64,000 bases of DNA from Emiliania huxleyi CCMP1516 (Eukaryota). Below are positions 39,289-51,729 of the stretch, piece by piece; the stretch's first letter is position 1; each line of letters opens with the position of its first letter. The notes under the pieces were generated by a model. The model was not told the DNA's origin. It did no database searches and saw only the letters and a list, made by a program, of their open reading frames with translations. Where the stretch lies: positions 1-64,000 of the forward strand of contig NW_005201154.1 in the NCBI RefSeq assembly GCF_000372725.1, written 5' to 3'. The position numbers and the translations under genes were made by a program.

Positions 39289-41359
39289 TTCGCTGCCCTC
39301 CTCCGCCAGGCCCCCCTCGCCGTCGCCAGCGTCGCCACCCTCCCACATCGACCCCTCGGCGCCAGACTCGTACGCGAGCGCCCGTGCGCGGCCCAGCCCA
39401 GCCGGCAGCCCAGCCGGACCGGCCGCGTCATCTCCGAACTGGACCGGCCTGCGCACGCGACCGCCGCCCTGGCCCTCGCCCCCGCCCCCGCCGCCCTCGA
39501 TCGCCGCCCCTCCCGCGAAGAGCTGCAGGCTCGCCCCTCGCAGCTGCTCGTCGAGGCCGGCCGCCTCCCCAACCCGCTGCAGCCCTTTGACCATCGCCAC
39601 GTCCTCGCCGCCAACCTCGCCGCCCTCCTCGCCGCCGCCGTCGCCGCCGCCCTCGCCCTCGCCGCCCTCGTCCTCGCCCTCGCCCGCCACCCCCTTGCCC
39701 TGCGAGAAGCGGATCGCGCTGTCCGGGATGTTGACGTACACCGCGTCGCGGTCGTACGTCAGATCGCCTAGGCCGCACCAGACACCGGCGAGTCGAGGGG
39801 GCGCCCGCCTCCAGCCTCGCGCCGCCGCACTCCGAGGCTGCTGCCCAGGTTGGACATCGGCGCGTACAGCCGCTTGTCCTTGGAGTCGAGCCGGCGGCGG
39901 GTGGTGCGGTCGGGAGGAGCGCACGGGTCGTCGAGCGCACTCACCTCGGACATGGCGAAGTCTCCGACCCCGGGGAGGTGGACGCGCATGCCTGCTCACG
40001 GCCCGAGGGGGGTGTGGGGGCGTGGGGAGACGCTGTGCACAGCTCGAGGGCGGGAGGTCGCGAGCCTGGGAGGAGGAAGGTGCCTCGCACCCAGCCGTAC
40101 ATGCTCACCGTCCGCTCGACGAGCTCGTCCTGTCGGCGGGGTGGATGGCGCGGGTTGGATGGCGCACCAGTCAGGAATCGCATCCGCTCGGTGGCGGCCC
40201 CCGCTCGGCGAACACTATCGGCGAACACGATCGGCGGATCTGCCTCGCGAGAGCGGGAACCTACTCCTCTCGGTCCTCATCTCGTCCCATCTCGGCTACT
40301 CCGGACACCCTCGCAAGGGCGGCCGGCTCGGTGACGTCCTCGAACCGGTCGGCGAGGACGAAGGGGTGGGTGTTGCGCCTGCGTGGGGGTGGTGGGGTTG
40401 GGGTGTGGGGTCGGAGGCGCGGAGGCGGAGGGGCAGCGAGAGGGGCGTGAGGAGGGAGAGGAGGGAGAGGCGTGAGGAGGGTGAGGCGTGAGACGAGGGA
40501 GAGGAGGAGAGGCGCGTGGCGCGTGGCGTGTGGCGGCTAGCGGGTGGCGTGTGGAGCGCGCCAGATGAGCGGGCGGAACTTGATCACCGCGAGGAAGCGG
40601 GCGAGGTTGGTGATCTCGGCCTTTGGGTAGCGGCCGTGCTTGAGCCCCGACAGGTAGAAGAGCTTCGCGCCGTCGTAGATGTCCGTCCAGAACCGGTGCT
40701 TGAGCGTCTTTTTGGCGCGGCGCAGCGCCGCGGCGTTGGTGAAGGAGTCGAGGTGCGTGAGCACGCCCATCACGCGCGGGAAGCCGTGGACCTGGCACAT
40801 GTTGAGGAACTCGAAGGTCTCCATCTCGAACCCGTACGCGCCGTCCACCACCAGCAGGACAAGGTCCGCCACCTGACACACGGAGGCGACAGCTCAGCGG
40901 CCGGCGGCCGGCGGCTATGGCGGCGGCGGCGGCGGCGGCCGTCGCCTTGGCGAGATCGCACATCGCGTTGAGGTCGTTTGGGCACTCTATGAGCGTGACG
41001 CGGCGGGACTTGCCTGTCACCACCGTCACCGGCCCGTGCGTCTCCTTGAGGTTTTGCTTGGTCCAGTGCTTGACGAGCGAGCGGATCACGGTCGACTTTC
41101 CGACGCCGGCGGGACCGACGACGGCGACGACGATGGGAGGCTGCACCGCCACCTCGACCGCTCGGTCAGTGAGCGCCACGTGGTACTGCCGCTCCTGCTT
41201 CTCGAGCGCGCGGTGCGCCGAGCGCTGCATGGCCTTTGGGCCCGACGCCGCCTTGAAGGCTCGCGGGTTGTTGCGAGCGTTGCCCTTGCCGCGCGAGGCC
41301 GTGCGAGCGGCGGCGCCCTTTTTGGCTTTGGCGCCCTTGGTGGGCATCTTCTTGGCCAT
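36461..41359 (-). CDS. BMS1: Ribosome biogenesis GTPase BMS1, multi-exon
   Basis: [45 protein letters not shown]...[54 protein letters not shown] and [17 protein letters not shown]. Confidence 0.95.
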
Positions 41360-43731
41360 GGCGAGGCGGCCACGCAGAGGCAGCGAGGCAGCGACCCCGC
41401 AGCGAAAGCAAGGCTGCCCTCGTGCCGCGACCACCAGTCTCCCTCGGGAGTTGTTTTCTTTCTATTACGGTACAGTAGAGCCTGGCTTTTCCTCACCTTG
41501 CCGTCCTCCCATCCCTCCCTTGCTTGTCTGTTTTCTTTCTTTCTTTTACTGGGCACGGGACTGGCGCGCACTGGCACTAACACAGGTGCTACACCACCAA
41601 AAGACAAGACAAGTCTCTCTCTCTCCCAAAAAGAGAATTCCCAGTGCCGTGCAAAAAGAGAATCTCACATGGGAAGCGATCCCACGACAGCGACTGTGGG
41701 GATTATATGATCCGTACATGAAGGGTGGAGGGGCCGTCCGCGGAGCTAGGCGCGCGTAAGCCGTTTGTGGCTTGTTCTTGACCCAATTGGCACGCTCGGT
41801 CAGGGGAGTTGACCCAGCCAGTTGGTACGCATCTTGCGCGCCTCACATATGTGGATGAGGACGCATTCCGGACGGCTTGCGCCCAGGCACTTCTCTCCCG
41901 TCAAATCCCCGTGCCCGAGCTCTTCGGTCTCAGACCTAGATTCTAGTTTCAAGAATGGCATTCTTCGAAGTAGAATGGGCGCCGCAGCGGCCCGTAGCGG
42001 CGCCCCCTGCGTGCCCACGGCCACCCCGGGGCCATGGGACATCCCCCCGGCCATCGGGGATGCTTGGTTTATCCATTACCCCATTTACACGGGCTGTGTT
42101 GCGGCGCGCCTCGAGCGCAGCCCGCAGCGCGCAGTCCGCAGACCACAAAACAGATCAGAAGACGGCCGTGGCGACACCCGCTCTGGCGACAGCCCCGCAA
42201 AAGGCACTCGCTCGCCGGCAAGGACTACGGGTAGCACAGGCGGCAGCAGAGGTGGCGGTCCGGGTCGCAGCGCGCGTAGCAAGTCGGCCCCAGCGTCACG
42301 GGCGTCGGGCCAGGAGCCGGCTCGACGAGATCGACGAAGAGGACGAAGAGGAGGAAGACTACTCGAACTTGGACGAGGACTCGGGCGAGGAGCAGGACTC
42401 GGAGACCGGCCAGGGAAGCGACGACCATGACTAGGTGACACGAGGAGTAGATGTGATACGAGTAGTCCGCATTTCGCGCTGTCTGCCGTGTCTGCTCTCT
42501 TTCGCCGCCCCCGACCCTTTCGCCCGCCCACCACTTGCGAGCACAAATCTCACACCTCCACTGCCCTCGCCACAGGCGGCGACGGACTGACATCCAAGGC
42601 TCGAACGGCGGCAGCGCTCAACGGCCGCCGGCGGCCATCGTGCGTTTGCTTTTGCCATACGTGGCGCACCCCCCGGCGTCTGCTCTGGTTTGGGGGCGGG
42701 GGGAGGACTCTCATTTGCGGACTGTTGGGCTCTCTGTGTTGAACTGGGGCTTGTGCGCGAACCCCACCAGTCTGGCCGAGCGGCACGCCGCCGCTGGGGG
42801 CGTGAGAAGGCCGTGGGGGACGGCGGCGGACCCCATTCTTCGATACAGAATGGGCCCTCACCGCGGCCCGTCTGCTGCTGAAAATGTGGCATGTTGGGGG
42901 CTCTCCTGTGTGACTCCTCTGGCTCGCCGCGTTAAAGTGGCGCCTGTGTGTGACCAGCCCCAACCCCGGCAAGCGCCCCCCGGCCGCTGGGGCTGCGAGG
43001 CGGCCGGGTGAGCGCGCGCGAGACGCCATTCTAGATGTAAGGATGCCATTCTATAATCTAGAATGGCCAGGTAGGGCTGAGACCGTCTTCTTGCAGTGGG
43101 GCGATTTGGGACCATCCGAGGCGGTCGCACCCTTGGGGCCAGCTCCGTATGACCGTATCTGCGGAGGCAAAGACCGTCGACTTCCTGCAGTACGTGTCGG
43201 TCGCGTCTCTTTGTGACCCTAGCTACGGCCGACGTCCCGTTCGCGCCCCTGTCTGACCTGACCCGCTGCCTGGGACCCGTCTTCACTGCGGTGGTCCGCG
43301 CGGGCACCGATCCCCATGGCGCATGGGGAGCGTCGTCGTGGGCCGGGGCAGTGATGAGAGGGCGAAAGGGTGCAATTCTCTGTGTTTCTCGTGTTTCGAG
43401 CGCATGCTCGAAAGAAAAAACGGCGCGGAGAAGTGAATCGACCAACACAGCCGGCCCGCCAGGGGCTGCCGTATTTCTGATTTTTTGTGTTATTTGTTTG
43501 TTTGCGGAGCGAGGCAGATATGTGCAATACGAAAAAAATAACTTAAAAGTGTGCGTCCCGCAAGGAGAGCTCTATGACCTCCCCCGCGGCTCCCCACTGA
43601 CAGCTCCATGCACCCAGCCCCATGCAATTCACTCCCCCTCACATGATGATTAATGCGCACATGGCGGAGACGTGTGGTTGCGACCAGACCGCGCTCCCAG
43701 GCGCGGCGCCGCCGGCGACGCCAACAAGCGA

Positions 43732-44349
43732 TTACCAAGTGCCAGGTCCCTGGTAGCAGACGTCAAACTTGATGTCGTCGATCGACGGATGCGTGAGGGT
43801 CTTGCATTCGCCGGGGGCCAACGAGATGTCTGTGCCAATCTCGCACTGCGTCTCGCCCTGGTCGCAGGCGCCGTAGCCGATGTGCAGGACGTCAAAGGAA
43901 GCCAGCAGCGACTTCATGATCCGCAGGTAGGGCACGGTGTAGCCCTGGTGCAGCGGGCAGCCGCGCAGCCGCAGGAAACCCACATCGTTGTGGGCGGTCT
44001 CTCCATCCAGCTCAAGGGTCAGGTGGCAGGTGCCGTCCTCACAAAAGTGGAACGTCTCCGAGTCGCCCGCCGCAGAGTTGACGTAGAATGGGCGGATGTG
44101 CTCCTTGCCGGTGGAGCCACAGCCAGTATTGGACGGGGTCACGGTCAGCTTGATGTGGTCGCGGAGGTGAGGGTCAAAGTACAGCGGGTTCGACTCGTAG
44201 GCCCCGACGGCGTCGTTCGAGAGGCCCGCTGGGATCGAAGCCAGCGCCTCGCCGGTCGTGATGGGCTGGGTGACGCCGGCGTGCGACGTGTCTGCGCTTG
44301 TCTTGGCGACGGGCGCGGCGGTAGCAGCGTAGATGAGGCAGAGGACCAT
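43732..44349 (-). CDS. Hypothetical secreted cysteine-rich protein (about 205 aa)
   Basis: A clean ORF starting MVLCLIYAATAA (signal-like) with several Cys residues. No family was recognised. Confidence 0.55.
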   Translation of the reverse strand: MVLCLIYAATAAPVAKTSADTSHAGVTQPITTGEALASIPAGLSNDAVGAYESNPLYFDPHLRDHIKLTVTPSNTGCGSTGKEHIRPFYVNSAAGDSETFHFCEDGTCHLTLELDGETAHNDVGFLRLRGCPLHQGYTVPYLRIMKSLLASFDVLHIGYGACDQGETQCEIGTDISLAPGECKTLTHPSIDDIKFDVCYQGPGTW

Positions 44350-44459
44350 GGAGGCAGAGGTAGAAAAGGATCGAGAGAGTTCGACCTCAAGGTGGTCGGC
44401 CAACCCAGCTTCTCCTTGACAAAAAAAGATACGCTGTCCGCTCCTCGGCCCTGGGTGTG

Positions 44460-45640
44460 GGAATGCAGAGCGTGCAAAGCGGCTAGGGATGAGGCCACAA
44501 AAGAGGCGCGCGAGGCAAGGAGGAGACGCGGGGAACTGAAAGACTGGGACGACTGGAAACAAGAAGACAGTGAGCCACCACAGGCGTCGTTGGCGCACAT
44601 ACTGAGCGGCAGCTGCGCTGGAAATAAGGAAGAGGCGCGTCACTTCATGCGGAAGCTCGACAAACACACAGCGAGGGCGACAGCAAGAGTTGAACGGGAG
44701 GCGCCGGACTCAAAAGACACCGCCACATTCCTGAGACGAGCGAGGGCAGCCTCCTTAAAGGCGAAAGGGTCTAGATTTGGAGCGCTCGCCGAAGAGGAGT
44801 ACGACAAAATAGCGCCCGTGATTGCCTGCACGCTACCCGCACTCACGGACTCCATACCCGAAAGAAAGAGAAGGGAGCTCGCGGGAGAGGTGACGAGTGA
44901 ACTACAGGTAGTGGGGAAGGCAGCCTCGATTGCCATACAGACATGGGTGCGAAACAACGACAAGACCAGGGCACGGGCAGAGGAACGAGAGAAGAATATA
45001 GGGTGGATAAAGCGCCTGTTCACGGCATGGAGGGTGAGCCACGCCGAACGTACCGAGCGGAGAGCCGAGCGGAAGGAGGACGGGGAAGATGACTCCGAGG
45101 AGGACGAACCAGTGGAAATCCAGTTGTCAGATGTCACGATGCATCCGAAGGGGACCCCAGCGCCGGCATCATCCGTAGAGGCACGAGTGTTCGAAGAGAG
45201 AGTGGACCTGAGCAACAACATGACTTGGAGGCAAATGATCGGAGTGGGAGTCAGAAATGTGGTCCTTGCGCGAGGGGAGCTCGATAGACTCGAGGGGCCA
45301 GGATACGCCGCGAGGAGGACGGAGTTGCGCCGAAAGGCGAAAGAAGCCGCGAGAACAAGGGACCGGCAGGCGGCGGCGTCACAGGACGAGGCAGAAGAGA
45401 ACGACGCGACAGAGGAGGAAATGACAAGGGAGAGAACGACGAGAGTGGGACGACCGCGAGGTGGCATGAAGATTGCAGCGAGAATCGGCGAGAGACTGCG
45501 AAGAGAGATAGGAAGAGGCAGACTCCCTAGGGTGGGCGACGGCTAGCGCACCACACACCTCTCCTTAAAATCCCTGTGTGGTGGCGGCGCGCCGTCCTCC
45601 CATCCCTCCCTTGGGTTGTCTGTTTTCTTTCTTTCTTTTT
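44460..45640 (+). mobile_element. Longest 5'-truncated LINE family A copy (ORF2 C terminus)
   Basis: An open frame carries ECRACK...SLAHILSGSC, resembling the CCHC knuckle downstream of LINE RT. The stop is at 45546, followed by the 3' UTR and a (TTTC)n tail. The candidate TSD is TGGGTGTG (44452-59 and 45641-48). Confidence 0.85.
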
Positions 45641-46125
45641 TGGGTGTGAGGTTGCCGACTGCACTCCAAGTTTTAAAAACCGAACAGGCAAGGCCAAGGG
45701 AGAGAAAGAAATCGTAAAGAAATCGTAAATCGCAGAACTCTCTCTCGCAACAACACTTGCACGTACGTACAACCCCCTCTCCCTTCTCTCTCGCTTGCTT
45801 GTAACATACTTGTGGGTTGTTAGGCATTGTGGGGTTGGCACTCCCATCGACCCTGCCTCATGAGGGTCATGACCTCCTGCGGTCTCTGAGATGGACAGCA
45901 GGTGGGTGTGGGACCACAAGCCAGGATACACTCGAAGGCTGGGTAAGCAGTAGAGGTCGACGCGTCCCACATCGTCTGTGTCGCTGTCGGCACGCTGTCG
46001 ACAGGACGTCGAGCGACACCGGTGGCAGTGCCACCCAGGCCAGTGGTCGGGCGGTCTCCCGTCCATGTAGGCATGAGAGAGCCACCATGATCCATGTGGA
46101 TCCGTATGATGATTCCTCTTTCCTG

Positions 46126-46668
46126 GAGCAGGCGCACATCGCTTCCAGGGAGGGGGGCGCGCTTCTCTGCACCCCCCCCCCCGCCAGCGGGGGGCGCGCG
46201 CGCCGGGGGGGGGGGGACCCCCCCCGTCGCCGGGGGGGAAGCGGCGGGGGGGGGGCGNNNNNNNNNNNNNNNNNNNNNNNNNNNNNNNNNNNNNNNNNNN
46301 NNNNNNNNNNNNNNNNNNNNNNNNNNNNNNNNNNNNNNNNNNNNNNNNNNNNNNNNNGGCGAGTTCGTGGTGGCAGTAGGAGCCCTCAGAGCCAGGCGCG
46401 CCATTGCGCGGGCATGCGCGGCGCCACGGGAAGGCGGGGGCCTCGCTGTGGCGGGCGGGGCGGCTGGGGGCCGGCTGCATCGACCGCACGGAGCAGGCGA
46501 GTAGTTCGCGCGTCCCCCCCCCCCCCCCACCATGTGGTGAAGGTGCTGGGGGGGTCGGGCCCCCCCCCCCCAGCATGTGGTGAAGCCTCTGGGGGGGTCG
46601 GACCCCCCCCCTAGCATGTGGTGTGCAGAGAAGCGCGCCCCCCCCCCTGAAGCGATGTGCGCCTGCTC
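46126..46668. mobile_element. PIF/Harbinger-like non-autonomous TIR element (contains an N-gap)
   Basis: TIR GAGCAGGCGCACATCGCTTC...GCGCGCTTCTCTGCAC occurs at both ends and resembles the 15684 TIR. CTG flanks both sides (46123-25 and 46669-71). Confidence 0.7.
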
Positions 46669-46975
46669 CTGACAACCGCCTCAGTCAACTTTCGTCACAG
46701 TTCACCGCTCCTAGCCACGTGTTTCGTCAAGTGTTTTCCCCCCTACCGCCCAGTGCGCTGTGAACCCAGCCACGAAGGCACGGGGGCGACTGGCCGCACC
46801 GCCGGCGCTAGTCGTAGGCTAGTGTTGTGAAGGGTTTGCTTTCCTTTCTTTTTTATACGTAAAGCCGTAACCCGTAAGCAGAAAAGACGACTGGCTCGCC
46901 CGAACTGCACGGGCAGGCACCACAAATGACAAAAAGTCTCAGCCAGCGCATCCGCAAAAGAATGTCTGAATTTCC

Positions 46976-49808
46976 CTACGCGCGATCAGAGCACTCGGAT
47001 CGGAGGGCCGAGGGACTCTCGTCCGACGTCCCCGCCAGCACGGGCGCAGCTCCATTCGTCTCCTCAAAGAATTGAAATCGGCCGCTCTCCTCAAAGAATT
47101 GAAATCTCGTGTGCGGAAAAGAGGGGTGCACCACGGGCGTGCCGACGTACCAGTGCACCCACCCCTCGCGCAAGCCGCGAAGCCGCTCCGGCGGCGCGTC
47201 GCGCGGGAGGAGGATGACGCCCAGCTCGGCGGCCGCAACCTGCCGCACCTCCGCCAGCGCCGTCGCACGCCCTCGGGCGGCCTCGCGCGCCTCCTGCGGC
47301 CAGCCGCGCTCCGCCCGCTGCAGCAGCTCGAGTGCGCGGCAGCGGAGAGGGCCGGCCAGCGCGGGCGCCGCCGCGGCGAGCCGCTCGAGCAGCGGCTGCA
47401 GCTGCGCCTCCGCCGCCGCGTGCAGCAAGCCGCCCGCGCGGCGCAGCGCCGCCACGAGGAGCGGGAGCGGCGCCCCGCGCAACAACTCGCACAACGCGGC
47501 CGGGGCGACGAGGCCCGCGGCGGCGAGCTGGGCCACCGCGCCGCCCGCGCCGCCGTCGCCGCTCCCCTCGAGCGCGAGGTCCGACTGAAGCAGCTCGCGC
47601 AGCACCGCCGCGAGCGCAAACGCAACCGCGGCGCTGCTGCAGGCGCCGCCCTCGGCAGCCGCGGCCGCGCCGCCGCCCCCCGACGCGAGCTCGGCGGCGG
47701 AAGGCGCGGCGCAGAGGAGAGAGGCCAGCGCCGCGACGCTGCGGGCGTAGAGCTCGGCGTAGACCGGCTCTCGCGCGGCGCGGCGGACCAGCAGGCGGAG
47801 GGTCGGCGTGAGCGCTCTGAAGCGGCGGCTGCGGCAGAGGGCGGCGAGGCGCGGCAGCAGCAGCGCCTCGCTCTCCGGCGTCAGCTTGTTGACGTGGGAC
47901 CGCACCGCGCGCAGCGTCGCCGCCTCCGCCTCCGCCGCCTCCGCCGCCGCCCCCGCCGCCTCCGCCGCCGCCCCCGCCGAAGCGTCAGCCGCCACTGCAG
48001 GGGCAGCCAGCTGCGGGGGTGGCAGAGGCGAGGCTGCAGCAGCCTCGCCGGCGCTGCTCGCCGTCTCACTTCCCGCCCGCTGCCGGCAGCCAGGAGCCTG
48101 CCTGCCTGCCGGCGCACGCGGCGGCGGCGCAAACGGCGACGGCTGCCACGGCGGCGGAGGTGGGGGAGACGGCGGCGGCGGAGAGGGCGACGGCAGCGCA
48201 GCCTCCGGCGGCAGCACGCGAGCGTACCGCTTGAGCGGGCGGCGCACGCCGCAGACGGCCGCCTCGCGGTGGCCTTCGTAGGCGAGTGCGCTGCTGGCGA
48301 GGAAGGTGTCGTGGACGGCCTGCCGGACGGCTCCGAGAAGGCTCCGAGAAGGCTGCGGGCAAGGCTAGGGGAAAGGCTAGGGGCAAGGCTCCAGCTCGCC
48401 TGCCGGCCCGTCTTGACGCGCACCGGGAGGCCTGCGGAGGGGGGGGGGGGGGGGGGTCGTGGCGTGAGCGGGTGAGGCGAATCGGCCTTCTCCTTCGAGG
48501 TTGCGGCGCGGGACCTATGGAGGACATGTCTCGGACATGTCGTGGACGTGTCGTGGCCTTCTCCTCGAGGTTGCGGCGCGGGACCGAGCGAGTGGAAGGC
48601 GTCGCAGGCGGAGAGGAGGGCGCGCATCACCCCTCTGCCGCGGCAAGACGGCAGCACCACCAGCCGCTCCACCTGTGGACGCGCCGCGGACGGGTCGTGG
48701 GACGTGTCCACGGGCGGGGCGGCAAGGCCACCTCGCGCCCCTCCTGCGCCGCGTGCAGCGTCCGCCACGCCACCGCCGTCGGGAACTGCAGGCTCGGCTC
48801 GCTGCTCCCGTAGGGAAGGAGGGCGATGTAGCCGACCCGCGCCCCGCCCGCCGCCCCGCCCCCCCCCTCCCACTGCACCTCTCCCTCCCCCTCCTCCAGC
48901 CGCAGCTCGTAGCACGCAGAGTGCTCCGAAGGCGGCTCGGCAACGTAGTGGTGAGCCGCGTACCCGCCGCCCTGGTAGCGAGACGCGCAGCTCGGCACCA
49001 GCCGGCCGCTCCACCCGCCTCGCAGCGGAAACTGCGCGCCCGCCTCGCCCCCGCCCACCACCAGCCGGTCGGCCGCGCGCCGCAGCTCGGCGAGTTGGTC
49101 GACGACCGACAGGACGACGGGAGGGAAGAGGCAGGACTCGCCCTCCGCCGCCTCGCCGCCTCCTGCCGCCGCCTCGCCTCCAGCCGCCTCCGCCCCCTCG
49201 GGCGACCGGGAGGCGACGACGAGGCCGGCCGGCGCCTCCGCCGCCTCGCTCGCCGAGGCTCCGGCTCCGGCGAGGAGAAAGGAGCGCCAGGCGGCCGCGC
49301 GTGCCGCACGGTCTCCTCCCAGCTGGTGGAGCGTCCTTCGCTCTCTGCCCGCACACAAGACGACCTTGTTGCTGCCGCCGAAGGTGCCGGCCTCGCGACT
49401 GGGCGTCTCTGGCGCGAGGATGAGGAGACACGACTGCGGGAGAGACGAGTAGAGCTGAACACACCGCAGTGCCACGCTGGCAGTGGCCGGCGGTGACGCG
49501 TACACGACCGCAACCCGCGGCCGCTCACCCTTCAGGATGGCGCGACGCAGCGCGGCGAGCTGGGCTGGCCTTTTGCAGGGGCAGCGCCAGCTGCTGACGG
49601 CGATGGGTGGGCACGCCGACTCGGCTGGGCCATCGCTCGAGCAGAGGACGACCTCCTCGATGTGCGAGAGGTCGCCGCCGCTGGCGAGGAGAGCCTCGAG
49701 CACCTCCACTCCCCATAGGAGCACAGTCAGCCTCTGGTCGGAGGCGAGGGACTTGGCGATGATAACGTCGGCAGCATGCGCGGCTGGCATTGGCATTGGT
49801 TGTCGCAT
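46976..49808 (-). CDS. GNAT-like acetyltransferase fused to a MIF4G-like domain, three introns
   Basis: HHY...RVGYIALLP...|VERLVVLPSCRGRGV (acetyl-CoA motif A) splices in frame to VRSHVNKLTPE...RRAAREPVYAELYA...LELLQRAERGW. Confidence 0.65.
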
Positions 49809-49896
49809 TTTCTTTTCGGCTCGTATCTTTTCCTTGCACTCCACTTGCACGTCCCTCCTCCGAACGTTTCACCCCCCAAGTCCGCGAGGAGGGACC

Positions 49897-51729
49897 ATGC
49901 CGGCCCTCCCCGAGAGCGCCAATGGCCGGTTGGCCCGCCTCGCTCAAAGCTATGAAGGGCACGGCTTCGTCGTTCCGCCCCAGGGCGACTTCCCGGGGCC
50001 GCCGAGGTCCAGCGTCGACCCGGCCGCCGCGTCGGAAGCAGAGGGCGGGGGCAGGTCGCTGGATGAGACTCTCGGCGAGCCGCATGGCCGCATCACCGTG
50101 CACGCCCACCTCCGAGAGAGGGTGATACCCATATACACGGGCTCGGGCCGGCAGCAGGTCTTCTGGCTGGCGACCGTGGCCACGCAGCGGTACCTCTCTG
50201 ACCTCGGCTCCTACTCCAAGCCGTTTTCGCGCGAGTTGACGCCGAGGGCGGTGCTGCGCCTGCCCCCCGGCGACACGGCGCCGGGACCCTCCGAGGCGCG
50301 CGAGTACATATCCAACCAGTCGCGCATCGCCGACGAGCTCTGCGACGGAGCTCACGTGTGGATCGAAGTCGGTGACGGCAAGCCAAACTCGGGCGTGGGC
50401 AGCCGCCAGCTTCCTCGGGGTGAGAGCAGCCTCGCCCGCCGCCGGAGCCGTTCGTCCCGGGGCTCCTCGAGGATTCTGCTCGCGGGCGGCGGCAGCGGCC
50501 TCTTGGAGGCAGATGACGGCGACGGCGACGGCGACGGCGTCCGGCAGATCAGCCCCCTCGAGGCGCAGCTCTTGCTCGCGGGAGAGGGCGAGGGCGATGG
50601 GCAGGACAAGCGGCCAAAGATGCTGCGCCGGACGCGGACGGGGAACTTTCGAGACTGGCAGCTGGCTGGCCGCCAGGGCATGGTGAGCGGCTCCGGCGCT
50701 CCGGGGGGCGAGGAGGAGGAGGACGGGGCGGGGGATGGCGACGAGGCCGTCTACGAGGCCTTCCAAGCCGTGTGGAAGGCGATGAACGTGGGCGACCTGC
50801 CGGGGTTCTCGCTCGTGGAGAGCGACTGCAGGGCCATCCTGTACCGCTTCTTCGAGCGCCTCGCCCACATCTACCGCGAGTACTCCGCCTCGAACCACCC
50901 GCACGGAGGGGCGCCCGCAAGCATGTTCACCATGTCGCTGGCAGAGTTTTGGAAGTTCTGCCAAAACTCGCGCGCCACGACCCGCTACCTGAACCTCGCG
51001 CAAATCACACTGCTCTTCACCTCCATCAACTCCAAGAACAGGGACGACCCCTTCAACCCGCGCCGCGCCTTTACCCTGCACGAGTTTCTGGAGTCGATCG
51101 TGCGGCTCTCCGTGATGCGGCAAGCCAAGCCGCACAACCCGGAAGTGCCGCTGCCCGACTGCCTCGAGGAGTTCCTTACGGAGCATGTCTTCAAGCATGA
51201 CCTCTTCGTCTCCAATGGTCAGATTGTGCGGGAGCGACTCGCCGAGAGCGAGTGCAGCGAGGTCTTTGTGCGGCACTCTGCAAAACTGCAGGCCATCTTC
51301 GAGGCCTACACATCGAAGGACAACTCAAAGGAGCACATGGGCCTCATCACGTTCGACGACTGGCTGCACATGTTCAAGGCGGCACAGCTCATCGACTCGG
51401 CGCTCACCATCACCGAGCTGCGGCAGGCCTTCGTGTCGGCCCAGATCGACGAGGCGCTCGTTGACTTTGAGGCCGATTCGTGCCGCACGCTCATCTACAT
51501 CGAGTTTGAAGAGGCGCTCGGGCGCGCGGCGCTGCTAAAGTTCGCCGAGGACGACGTGGCGTCGGACGCGGAGAAGGTGAACGAGATTGTGACCCTGCTT
51601 ATCGCGTCCCCTGTGGGGAGCGGTAGGAGGCTGACCAGCTGGGAGGCGACCCGCTCCGCCTCGGCCCGGAGGTCGCGCACTCCCGCAAACACCGTGCGCG
51701 AGAGCCGAGAGGGGGGGCGAGGTGCGTGA
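49897..51729 (+). CDS. Protein with a Par3/HAL-N-like domain and an EF-hand-like helical C-terminal region
   Basis: ITVHAHLRERVIPIYTGSGRQQVFWLATVATQRY, MSLAEFWKF, LHEFLESIVRL, ITFDDWLHM and IEFEEALGR in an intronless ORF with coding-like codon use. It diverges head-to-head from the GNAT gene. Confidence 0.7.
   Translation: MPALPESANGRLARLAQSYEGHGFVVPPQGDFPGPPRSSVDPAAASEAEGGGRSLDETLGEPHGRITVHAHLRERVIPIYTGSGRQQVFWLATVATQRYLSDLGSYSKPFSRELTPRAVLRLPPGDTAPGPSEAREYISNQSRIADELCDGAHVWIEVGDGKPNSGVGSRQLPRGESSLARRRSRSSRGSSRILLAGGGSGLLEADDGDGDGDGVRQISPLEAQLLLAGEGEGDGQDKRPKMLRRTRTGNFRDWQLAGRQGMVSGSGAPGGEEEEDGAGDGDEAVYEAFQAVWKAMNVGDLPGFSLVESDCRAILYRFFERLAHIYREYSASNHPHGGAPASMFTMSLAEFWKFCQNSRATTRYLNLAQITLLFTSINSKNRDDPFNPRRAFTLHEFLESIVRLSVMRQAKPHNPEVPLPDCLEEFLTEHVFKHDLFVSNGQIVRERLAESECSEVFVRHSAKLQAIFEAYTSKDNSKEHMGLITFDDWLHMFKAAQLIDSALTITELRQAFVSAQIDEALVDFEADSCRTLIYIEFEEALGRAALLKFAEDDVASDAEKVNEIVTLLIASPVGSGRRLTSWEATRSASARRSRTPANTVRESREGGRGA

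Noticed and set aside
38036..40450. 804-aa + strand ORF
   Set aside because: It is antisense to the acidic middle region of BMS1.
43672..45546. 624-aa ORF as one gene
   Set aside because: It is a chance join of the antisense strand of the 44349 gene with the LINE ORF tail.
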